Origin: Schizochytrium sp. TIO01
Taxonomy: Eukaryota; Protista; Bigyra: Labyrinthulomycetes
Assembly: GCA_004764695.1 (NCBI GenBank)
Contig: SMSO01000004.1
Location: 62,001-126,000, forward strand
DNA length: 64,000 nt
Direction of reading: 5' to 3'
Below are positions 1 to 10,700 of this stretch, piece after piece (within the stretch, counting starts at the first letter, position 1; each line of letters begins with the position of its first letter). A program made the position numbers and the translations under genes. The notes under the pieces were generated by a model, which did not search any database, was not told the DNA's origin, and saw only the letters and a list, made by a program, of their open reading frames with translations.

Positions 1-138
1 TCTGGCTCTGGTGGCTCCGGCGCCGCCGCTGGTGGTGCCGCCGCCGCTGCTGCCGAGGAGGAGGAAGAGGAAGAAGAGGAGGTCGACGTCGGTGGTGGCG
101 ACCTCTTCGGCGGTGGTGGTGGTGGCGATGGCTACTAA
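1..138 (+). CDS. 60S acidic ribosomal stalk P protein (P0/P1/P2 family), 3' end only
   Basis: Frame 1 reads SGSGGSGAAAGGAAAAAAEEEEEEEEEVDVGGGDLFGGGGGGDGY-TAA(136-138): Ala/Gly hinge, acidic run and LF motif. The start lies outside the window. Confidence 0.8.
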   Translation, partial: SGSGGSGAAAGGAAAAAAEEEEEEEEEVDVGGGDLFGGGGGGDGY

Positions 139-327
139 ACAGCCCCCCCTTCGTTCCCTATAACCCCTTAAAAAAACCAATTTTTTTTCTTTGCTGATTT
201 CTTGTACAACATTTGTTTACCTTCATACGTACTGGCGTTTCATTCTTTCCGTAGACATGGAATCATCAGACCGGTAGCTGATCGACTGGTAAACCAAAGG
301 CTTTGCTCTAGGAAAGAGTACTTGTCT

Positions 328-616
328 CATAGTAGTGCGAGGTGGAAATACCTCATTTGTTTGGTGCTTTAAATCGTGGCATTACAGCATCAAAGTAGTA
401 TACCTCGTTTGTTTGGTGCTTTAAATAATGGTGTCACAGCATCATAGTAGTGCGAGGTGGAAATACCTCATTTGTTTGGTGCTTTAAATCGTGGCATTAC
501 AGCATCATAGTAGTATACCTCGTTTGTTTGGTGCTTTAAATAATGGTGTCACAGCATCATAGTAGTGCGAGGTGGAAATACCTCATTTGTTTGGTGCTTT
601 AAATCGTGGCGTTACA
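328..616. repeat. Higher-order tandem repeat, 115-bp period (63-bp A + 52-bp B subunits, A-B-A-B-A)
   Basis: catagtagtgcgaggtggaaatacctc... restarts at 328, 443 and 558. A and B share atacctcRtttgtttggtgctttaaat. Confidence 0.95.
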
Positions 617-951
617 AGATTATAGCATTTCTCAATAAAATGTATTGTTCTTTATGAAGAATCTATTCGAGGCGCGACACAATTCAAGGCGTCCAAAATG
701 GTGAACGCGAGTTGTTGTTCTGCAGGGGAAAATAAGCGAAGAGAAAAGCTGATTTGCGGAATCCAAGGTTCCCCCTATGCTAAATTCCCCAAACGTGTTT
801 TTTTAGCACTTTCATAAATTGGCCTTTGCAGGGAACGACAAATTATAAACCATTGGTTGAAATTTAATTGCTTTATGTATATATAACGAAAGTAATGCAG
901 AGATCGTCTGCTGAAATGAGGAGTTAATGAAGACAAATTGGAAACTCACGT

Positions 952-1944
952 TTACAACATCAGCTTCTTGGTACGCTCGATACTCGATGCAGCATCGTTC
1001 ACCAATGTTGAGAGGAGCTCCTCGCAGGAAGGCACGTCTTTAATAAGAGCAGTAACCTGACCCAAACTCCAAACACCCTCGTTGATGTCACCCGTCTCTT
1101 GAAATGCACGCTTGTATGCAGCGCCGCGCACGTAATCACGAATACGATCAAACTCGCCAGGGTGCTCGCGCTCTGTCTCAAGAATCTTCATTGCAGTCTC
1201 GTTCTTGTACACACGCTCAGTATTACGCATGGAACGCATGATAAGCGTCGTGCTCGACTCATCACCCTCCACAATAGCCTTCTTGATGTTCTCGTGAATA
1301 GCAGCTTCCTTGGTTGCCATAAAACGAGATCCCATAGCAATTCCTTGGGCTCCAAGGCTAAGTGCTGCGGCAAGCTGGCTACCAGTACCCATGCCACCAC
1401 AGGCGAGCCAGGGAATGTCAAGGTCTTGCTGAGCCTTTGCAAAAAGAACCCATCCTCCTACATCTGTTTCACCTGGGTGACCGGCTGCCTCGAATCCGTC
1501 AATGGAAACCATGTCCACACCCATGCGCTCGGCGGTCTTTGCATGACGTGTTGAGGTGCACTTGTGGATGATAGTCATATCATTGTCCTTGAAGAGCTTC
1601 ACAAACGGCTCAAGCCCCTTGTAGTGACCAGCAGTCTCCACGACCTTGATGCCCTCTTCTACCACCACATTAGCATACGCATCGTAGTTGGGCGGCTTGA
1701 GCATGGGGAGCAGCGTCATGTTTACGCCGAAAGGTTTGTTGGTGAGTTCTTTGGTTTTGCGGATTTCCTTGCGCAGATCCTCCGGAGAAGTCTGTGTCAA
1801 AGCAGTAATGATGCCAAGCCCTCCTGCATTCGAAACAGCTGCAGCCAACCCGGCATAACCTACATAGTGCATACCACCAAGCATGATGGGGTGCTTCACG
1901 CCTACCTTTTCGGTGAAAAACGTCTTGAAGACCTGTCGTGACAT
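952..1944 (-). CDS. FMN-dependent TIM-barrel oxidoreductase of the nitronate monooxygenase (2-nitropropane dioxygenase) family, PA1024-like NADH:quinone reductase subgroup
   Basis: First ATG at 1944 (MSRQVFKT). Motifs HPIMLGGM, VSNAGGLG, KPFGVN, VETAG, HKCTSTRHA, SIDGFEAAGHPG, MGSRF, MRSMRNTERV. Confidence 0.9.
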   Translation of the reverse strand: MSRQVFKTFFTEKVGVKHPIMLGGMHYVGYAGLAAAVSNAGGLGIITALTQTSPEDLRKEIRKTKELTNKPFGVNMTLLPMLKPPNYDAYANVVVEEGIKVVETAGHYKGLEPFVKLFKDNDMTIIHKCTSTRHAKTAERMGVDMVSIDGFEAAGHPGETDVGGWVLFAKAQQDLDIPWLACGGMGTGSQLAAALSLGAQGIAMGSRFMATKEAAIHENIKKAIVEGDESSTTLIMRSMRNTERVYKNETAMKILETEREHPGEFDRIRDYVRGAAYKRAFQETGDINEGVWSLGQVTALIKDVPSCEELLSTLVNDAASSIERTKKLML

Positions 1945-4288
1945 GGTATTTTTGTGTCTTGTCTTAACCTCCCTAACTATGCCACCGCTTTGCTTGCGCA
2001 GATTTGTCCTGAGCAAGACTGATTACTCTGGCGTGTTCCAGTTCTGGTGTCTCTGCGATCCGCTTGAGTTTTCCCTTTCACGGAAGCTTAGTCTTGCCAA
2101 GCCTGGCTTCCTCTTGAATTGGTTTACAGCAGCCACCTCGCACAAATAAGCTAACACTAGATTTCTGTTTGGGAATTGCAACTTTATCAGCTCGATAGTC
2201 TTCGGCGGCGTATCTTTGCTGTTCCTTTGCATGCTATACATGTAAATGCTAAGCACCAACATAGGTACCACTAACTATGCCACTCTATAAAGCTTGAAAG
2301 AAACGGCATTGCTCACTTTACACATTACAACTTCTTACATTTGCAACTACTTACATGCATCCTCAGAGTACTTACCTCATTACGATACCACGCAGGCTTT
2401 CTTTCCCTCTCCTCTTTCCCGCTTACTTACTTCATAGAGGTAGCTGCTGGAAGGCATGTCAGCCAAGCACTTTCTTTCTTTCGCAGCTGCGCTTTCTGTG
2501 CTTACTCGACTGCCCAATGGTAAATGAAAGTGAAAGTCGAAGAACGGAGAGGAGAGTCAACTAAATTCTTGAACCTTCGAATTTAACATTTCATGTTTTC
2601 TGCAGAGGTGCGCACCAATTACTCTACTACCTATTAACTACCTACTACCTATCGACTAATAGTGGTTATTGGCTGAAAGGGAGGCGAGTGCTGATCATCT
2701 TGCGAGGAGAGGGTTAGGGTCGAATTGGTTGCACAGTATGGCATGCTTTCTTGACTTGGGTTTAGTTTCGTGTGTCTCTATGGCCCATTTGCTAAGACCA
2801 CACGGGCGATGGTGAAATTTCAAGGTGAGGTATTTGCAACTTAGCATATGTTCATAAGGAATTTGACCATGCCTTTATGCATTCATCGAATGAGGCAAGG
2901 TGCCAGAAGTCTCATCGCGGGATAGCAGAGCTTTTGATGAATTCTCCAGGGAAGTCCACCATGACCGTGTTTGTTTTCTAAAACCATATCTACAGGAGGT
3001 CTCACTCCCTGAAGCCTCAGTAGGCTACTACTTAATCAAAACAAAACCATTGCATACTGAGCTGCAACTTTTGCCACCCTCCATGCCCTGCTACTTGAAC
3101 GAAGGAGGTGTTGTTTTCCTTCTTCAAGATGGTTTTCTTGATCATCATCGGCAGGTTTCTGCCTTTGCTATACCCAAGTGAGCTTCTCATCAACCAAGAT
3201 AATAATAAATCGCAAATCGCTTTTCACTACCACAGAAAGTTCGCATGTAAGTGAAATAAAAACACCTCCGGCAGGTTGTAGTATGTGCTATCCAAGCAAT
3301 CATCGCAACCTGAGCGGCAATTCTGTTGCCCACGCAGAAGCCTAAAGTCTGCTCAAAACTCCGAGAGCTCGAGCACATGCTTCTCTTCTTCTCAAGCCGA
3401 GAACAACCATAACACGTGCAAACTCTTCGGGAGATTTCATTCGATAATTTCAGACCAATTCCATTTATAAACGGGAACTTGAGGGGATCAAAGTCACGTG
3501 CTCTAGAGATAACTCTAGAGGGTAAGCAGCAGTAACATTAGATTGATCGTCTTTAAGTTATAGAAGGTATTGGCTTCGGAATCTGGCGTCAAGGTTCCCC
3601 ACTTTGGCATGAGTTTCCAGGCAGGTTTCTTCAAGTTGTGCGCCTTTAACCATGAGAAGCCCAGCAGCAAAGCAACCATTTCAATTTCGAGAGTAGTAGG
3701 CAACAAGGATTCCTATCAACCCCAATTGGCGATAAGCTGCTCTGCAGTTTTGATTGCAATAAAGGAACTCAGTTCTGGTAGTGGCCCTGAAAACTGTGTA
3801 ATAGTTCATAGGCATTCCCTGCCAACGATACTTGCTTGCTTTCTTAGGTAGCGTGCCTTACGACTCTCAGTCCTGCACACCGTTTGGTCCTTGTTGATGC
3901 CTTCGGCCAATCGGCCATCGCCAGATGTTTATGCTCCCAGAGTCTCATGACCTTGGAGGCGACCAAAGCTTGTAGTTTTCAGTTTCTCTCCAAAGATTTT
4001 ATAAGGTAAACTGACTGACCTATAGTGAGTAATGGAGGTGCTTTTAAAGTAGACTAAAAGGTACTGCAACTAGGACAAACAGTTATAACCTACTTACTGT
4101 ATGGAATACACAAGTGCAGGAATAAGAGCCAAACGAAATCTGTCGCTAGGATTGAAGAAAGAAGCCAAGAATTAGAATCAGCGTTTGCCCCTGCAAGCCG
4201 CAATCCTCGAATTGCGAGCAGGCCCGGGAACTTCTCTGTAAAAGCTCTCTGCGTGTTGTACTCAGAGACTGCATATACTCGAGGCGAG

Positions 4289-5630
4289 ATGACGTCTTAT
4301 GGCACCTATGAGCGCGTGGCCGGCGGCTCTGAGCCCGTGGCCTCGTCCTGGAGGCAGGTCCCTCGCTGCGGCTGCAAAGCCTTGAGCGGGTTTGCGGTGC
4401 TTTTGGCAGCGTCGATTGCTTTGGCGGTGTGGAGCTCTCACAGCGGCGGACATCCTGTCGAATACCACGACAGCCCGATTTCGAATGACCGTGTGGATCG
4501 CTGGGACGACAAGCATGCGCATAAATTTCGACCCCGGTTTCCTATTGCGGAAGGGCATCGCAAGGACTGCGAGGACAAGGACTTCACCAAGGACACTCTC
4601 AAAGTGATCAAGGAAACCAACTTTGTTAATGCTATGTTGAACTCCGGATTTGATGCCTCTCTCTTGGACAAGTTTGAGGCAAGCGACATCATTGGATTCC
4701 ATGATGACGACAAGTTCTTTATTGTCTTTGACAACAGCTATCAGATTGGTCTCGTCAGACGTCATGGACTCAACCCTGGAGCGCACCTTGCATCTCCAGA
4801 TGAGAACCTCTTGCTGGACTGGCCTGAAGACTCACCCATGAACCCGGATGGAGACTCTCAATTTGAGGCCATCGCGCACAACCACAGCGCCGACACCTTT
4901 CTCATCTTCGAGGAAACCCACCTTGCAAAGGACAATGTATCGAGGTCCAGAGCACACGAGGTTCATATCTCTGCACAAAACAACATTACTTCTATTCGTA
5001 CCTGCGAGGTGGAGTATGAGTTCTCTTTTGAGAACAAGGGCATTGAGGGCGCCACGGTTGTGGAGATCCGCGGGCGCACCTATGTCCTGGCGCTTTGCGA
5101 AGGTAACTATTGTGAAGGAGGCGAAAAGGGCAGGGAGCCTGGCAATGGCCGTATTCTCCTCTTGGAGCAGTACCTGGTTGAAAATGGTAACAAGTCGTCC
5201 TGCACGTATAATGTTGTGCAGACCATTAAGCTCCCGAAGGAGGTTGACTTTATGGACTATTCTGCAATCACTGTGTATGAGAATCGCAAGGTTGCAATCA
5301 CCAGTCAGGAGAATGCAGCTGTTTGGATTGCTGAACTGGATTTCCCTGACACGGTTGGTCCCAAACCTTCCAAGGAGGACAATGATGACGACGATGACGA
5401 CGATGACAACGATGACGACGAGCCAATGGTTGCTTTTGTGAATGGAAAAATCTACGACTTTCCCCGTAATGATCTCTGTGAGATTGTATACTGCAACATT
5501 GAGGGTGCTTACTTTCTCAAGGAAAACATCCTCATTACCGTCAGTGATGCCATGAAGGGTAAGGGCCCGTCAACCGTACGTCTGCCGCTCTAAGGGTCAA
5601 AGCATTCACGTATTTTACATTCCCGAGTAA
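4289..5630 (+). CDS. Membrane-anchored hypothetical protein (likely beta-propeller ectodomain) with an apparent 1-nt frameshift near 5566-5568
   Basis: ATG at 4289. Hydrophobic segment ALSGFAVLLAASIALAVW, repeated FEAS/FEAI/IEGA/NIEG blade-like motifs, poly-Asp tract. The given frame stops at 5593. The shifted frame continues RQPYVCRSKGQSIHVFYIPE-TAA(5630). Confidence 0.75.
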
Positions 5631-6377
5631 GACCCTATGCCGTATGCCATTACGCGCATTGTCTCGCGTAGACGAACAAAGACCTTTCTTTTTCTTTTCT
5701 TCTTTTTAGCTAATTTTAGTAGATTTCCTTCCCATTTTCTTCTCTGACTAGCCAGCTAGAGTGACCATAGATACCTCAATATGCTTGATTTCAATAAACT
5801 CAAAGAAAAATAGCCTCTCAAATGACAACAAATAATCTTGACCTCTTCAAAGAAATGTTATAAATGAGAATGCGTCATGGAATGTGTAATGTTCCTTTGT
5901 CTTGAATGAACCACATCAAGGCTTAATAATTAACCATAAGAAAATACTTTGCTGCGCTTAGCCTGCTTAGCAGTCCATGCTCGAACACAAGTTACATAGC
6001 ATAGCTGAATATATCAAACTATTGTGAATTTCCACTACAAGGAGCAGGACTTGGCTATCATAATAGTCTCACGCAAACAAAACCGTACCGGTATCTATCT
6101 ATCTACCCTAAATTATAGTACTTGAACAGTATTGGGACATTAATTAACAAAATCCAACAGAACTTGACAAGTTTAGCTTCAAATAAAATCAAACCCCTAT
6201 TATTCTAAGCGCGTCCCGATCCAATTTGACTCAAGAACGACTCGCCAGTGTTTCCGCGCGACCGGTGGGCCTTCTTAACTCCAAGTGGTGGTTGGTGGTT
6301 CATCGTATAAGATCCTCAGAGTATAAATTGTGCGTTGGGTAAGGGCTTCTTTGTCTCTTGAGACACCTTTATTCACT

Positions 6378-7157
6378 ATGGCGCCTCAAAAAGCCACAGC
6401 GACCACACCCCCGTCTCGAGCGGAGGCCCGGAGACTCACGTACGGCATGTGGGTCTACATCTCTATAGGTCTTGCACTGGCTGCGTGTGTGGCATCTTTT
6501 GAAGCCTCGGTTCGAATGTTCACTCCCGAGGAGCTTGCTAGGTATGATGGAAGACAAAAACGCGGCAAGAGGTATCTTGCAATTCTGGGCGAGGTCTATG
6601 ACGTAAGCAAATCTGATGCTTATGGTGACAGTGGCTACGGATATTTCGTTGGCAAAGATGCGTCCCGAGCCTTCTTTACCGGCAAATTCGATGGACCTAC
6701 GCAGGACGATCTTTCTGATCTTGATGACGAAGCCTGCAGGGCCGTTGCGGACTGGCGGGAGTTCTACAGGAACCACAAAGTTTATACTTTCAAAGGGAAG
6801 CTGGTCGGCAGGTACTTTGATCCACTGGGCCAGCCTACGCTCGAGCTCGAGAAGATTGATCAACTGGTGGAGCAAGACAAGGAGAGAGCGCTGCTATCGA
6901 TGGAACTTGAAAAAAAATACCCTGTGTGCAATAGTCACTGGTCAAAGGTCGATGGCAGCCAAGTGTGGTGCACAAACAACATGATTGAGGGTAAGGAGGC
7001 TGTGCGCCTTGTCCCACGCTCCATGTATGACCCGCACAAAGAGGAGCAGCGTTGTGTTTGCGTTGAACTCTCGGAGGCATCCGAGATGGATTCCAAGTTT
7101 AAAAAGTTTGACAACTGTCATGCCAAGGCACAGCGTTGCTCGTTTCTGCCCGCGTAG
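6378..7157 (+). CDS. CYB5D2: Neuferricin-like cytochrome b5 heme/steroid-binding (MAPR) protein
   Basis: N-terminal TM helix, then FTPEELARYDG, YLAILGEVYDVS, YFVGKDASRAFFTG, W..FY..Y...G.L.G.YFD, and a Cys-rich C-terminus (CNSHWS, VWC, VPR, RCVC). Confidence 0.88.
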   Translation: MAPQKATATTPPSRAEARRLTYGMWVYISIGLALAACVASFEASVRMFTPEELARYDGRQKRGKRYLAILGEVYDVSKSDAYGDSGYGYFVGKDASRAFFTGKFDGPTQDDLSDLDDEACRAVADWREFYRNHKVYTFKGKLVGRYFDPLGQPTLELEKIDQLVEQDKERALLSMELEKKYPVCNSHWSKVDGSQVWCTNNMIEGKEAVRLVPRSMYDPHKEEQRCVCVELSEASEMDSKFKKFDNCHAKAQRCSFLPA

Positions 7158-7752
7158 TTACCTTTGCCTTGGGTTTTCAAAATATGTTCTTCTCGACGAT
7201 CAATTGACATAAAGTTGCTCTTTCATAGTCATCAATTAATCAAGCATGCATGCATCGTTCGTTCAAAGGAGAATGATTGGCTCTTCTCAAAAGAAATATG
7301 CGCTCTGCTCGTAAATGTGGAAAAAAAAGAAGAGAAAAAGTTGACTAAGCAACCTCTACTTGAGATTCATGGATATTTCATAACCATATCAAAAGAATAT
7401 GATTAAAAAAATTAAAGCTTCGTTTGCATTTGTTATGTCCTTTATACAAGAAGAATAGGAATATAAAAAGTGCACAAAACTTATGAATATCAACGATTTG
7501 GAATATCAGCTCCAGAGTACTCTGAAACCCTTTACAGAGAGGCATAAGAAGAAGACAGCACAACATTGTCATCAAACAAAGGGGAGGGGGCTTACCTTTG
7601 CCATTTTGATACGAGGATAAAGTCTTGACTTTTTTTCCTTTTAATTAATGAGAAAGTATATGAATGAACGAGAAAAAGAGCATGGTAGTACGATTAAAAA
7701 AATTAGTGAAAAAGTATTGCTTTACGCGCATAGAAATCTTAGTATTACCATA

Positions 7753-10700
7753 CTACATTACTTGTGCCTTGTCTTCTTGAATTTCTGACAGTTTGACAGG
7801 GTCCGCCAGTCCCCACATGGTCAACAAAACATTGACCTTGGACAGATCCGTCGAGTACAAGTGAGCGAACATGGGCTTAGACAACGAGTGAACAGCAATT
7901 TGAGCTAGGATCTCTACGAACGAGCCGTAGGAAAGAGCGCCAATATTACTCTTGCGATTCACGGACGTATACAAATCTCGGATTTCCTTACGAGAGATAA
8001 AGGTCGGTGTCACATCGTAATCCTGTGCCAGCTGAATGATATCAGAAAGTTGCATGGCGTTAGTACCACCGAGTTGCTTGTAAAATTCGTAGACGCGAGA
8101 GAGCACGACGGCATGCTTATCGAAGAGATCAATCATCTGCTTGTTGAGCAGAGGCATGTCTCTTTGTTGCTGTTGCTGTTGCTGTTGTTTTTTTGACTCA
8201 AAAGAATTGTCTAGCTTAATGTTTGTCCGGCCGCTAGGGATAGCTCGTTGAGGGTCGTTCTCACGCCCGGGTGCCATGCTACTAGGGCGACGGCGTTGTG
8301 GACGCAGGTGGGACGTCCCACCACCAGCAGAAGAAGCATCGTCATATCCCCCACCATGAGGACGCGAAGTCTGGCGAGCCTGCTCTACAAGGTGCTCCGA
8401 GTCGGCTTGTACACTTTTGCGAAGGCTTGCCATCTGGCGAACCTTTTCATCCAAAAGTTGCCGCGACTCATCAATTTCTCTGCGGGCCTTGAGTAAATCA
8501 GCTTTTTCTTGTTCAATCTCACGCACACGTTCCTCTAAAGATTCCCTGACAAGCGGGGCCTCGTCCTCATGAGGGGACCACGGCCCATCCATGTAATACT
8601 TGCTCGCAGGGGCACTGCCAGTATAGTTTTGCGAGCTGGGTGGTGGCGGTGCAAATGGGTGGAATGCGCCATTGCCATCATCACCAGCACTGTTAGACAT
8701 CGGGGTCATAGTCTGTTGATCGGCAGACGCAAACATTGGGAAATAGCTTGAAGACGGCACGTAAGATCCTGATGCCGAGGACACTGATGATTGGTATTGG
8801 GGCTGTTGGTACTGTTGTTGTTGATAATGCTGCTGTTGCGGATGTTGTTGAAACTGTGGTTGAAGGTTGTCGATACTATTGCCAAACGATGAACCAGAGA
8901 ACGCCTGATCCACAGGGGTAATGTTCGGCTGCTGCATTTTTTTTGCGCCACTGCTCATTTCGATAGTTCCACTGTTGGCCCCAGTTTGCACATGCGAGCT
9001 CGGTGTTCCGGATGGATCCTTCGTTTCATCGTTCTTTTCGTCATCGTCAGCCATCGCGGGAACAATCGAGCGCTCCGTTTCCGTGCCATTTCCCAAGGCC
9101 AATGTGCGCTGCGAGTTATCCTCAGGGGCACCTGGGAGGCGTAGAAGACCGCTCTCCTTGAGCATTTTGGAAAATGTAATGAAAGGGTTCACGCCATTTT
9201 GCATGGCACTTCCAGAATCACCACGCTCTCGCAATAGTTTGTTGAATTCAGACGCAGTGTATGCGGCAGCAATATCTTCAGCACTAAGTGAGGCAGCAAG
9301 CCCCGGGCGGAACGGGCTGCCCTGGATGTTTCGCCATGGGTCAATTTGGCTACGACCATCGTTAAGCCGCACACGAATCTCTGCGCTAACCTCCTCACCA
9401 TTAACTTGCTTCTGCAAGAGTGCATCGCGGGTCATTTCCACAGTGTAAATAATACGAACAGTCCCATCATCATTCTTTTTTACCTCCTTTAACTGCAGGG
9501 GTGCCTCGAGTTCGATATAAAACTCCTGATCCTCGTCAAGGGCCACAGATTCGTCAAACTCATTACGCGGCACGATAGTAAATTCATTGGTTTGGTCAAT
9601 TACGGCGCATAAGAGCCCGAGGCCGTCGGCTGTGCAGTGGCTAGTCGCCACGGGCGCAGGGAGGATCCGCGGATGAAAGGGAGATCCATAGATATCATAT
9701 CCGTCAAGCATAATTGTAAGCTCGTACTCTCCCAAGCGAGCTGGAACATATTCGCAAGAGAATGTACCGTCCTGATTGTCCGTAACATGCAAGTCATAGT
9801 GCAAATCTTCACTTTCCAAGACCACAGTGGGCATCTTATTGACAAATTCAATGGGGTCACCAAGCTCATCACGTGCTTGGATTGTAAAGTGAGAGGGAAC
9901 GGCAATACGACCCTCATGCAGGCCGCGACCAAAGGCACTCCAATTCTGTGCTTCATCCCAGCGACGGGTAGCCTCCTCGGGGTCAATGTCTCCAGCAACG
10001 CTAGGATCACGTACAGAAGGGTTTGACATGAAGTGGTCTTCCCGAGCTTGTTCAAGAAGAGCAAGCTTCATAACCCACTCACTTGCCTCTTCTGGGGATG
10101 AAGCAGCAAATTCATAGCGACGCATTTGGCGCATGTGGTCACGAGGATCACGCTCAATGAGGTGGAATTCATTTTCCCAGCGAATAGCTGAGTTCTTGTG
10201 TTTGCGCTGCGGAACTGGGTATTCCACGGTAGTATAGCGCAGATTAATTTCACCCTTGAAAGCCCGCCGGTCGTTTGGTTTATAGTAAAAGAGTTTGACG
10301 GTTCTGCGATCCATGCGGAAGTACCTCCTGTTCCAGTTTTTACGAAATTCGCCTCGTTTCCACAGCTCTCCGTCAATCAGACACTCCTCCGGGATCTTGA
10401 ACTTGGGCCTTCCCTTACGTCCAAGCTTCTTCGGACGTCTTGCCTTTTGTTCCTCTTCTCCTTCTCCTTCCTCCCTTGCCCTTTGCAACTCTACAGTTTG
10501 GTTCACCTCCATGTCCATCTCCTCTAGCTGCATTCTCAGTTCGTCAAAGTCCTGGTTAAATTCAAAGTCATCGTAGCCCAAATCCTCTGTTGGGTCCACT
10601 CCATCTTGATACAAATCCGGTCGCGCTGACGCTGTAAACCTTCTCTGTCTGCTTGATGCTTTCTTCCACTCCACAGGAATCGGGTCTTCCTCTTCCTCCT

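Noticed and set aside
328-616. CRISPR array
   Set aside because: The 'spacers' are themselves repeated, no cas genes are present and the context is eukaryotic.
2880-3950. Possible decayed pseudogene fragments (also 11780-12550 and 53400-53900)
   Set aside because: Short protein-like stretches broken by stops with no identifiable family. A translated homology search would be needed.
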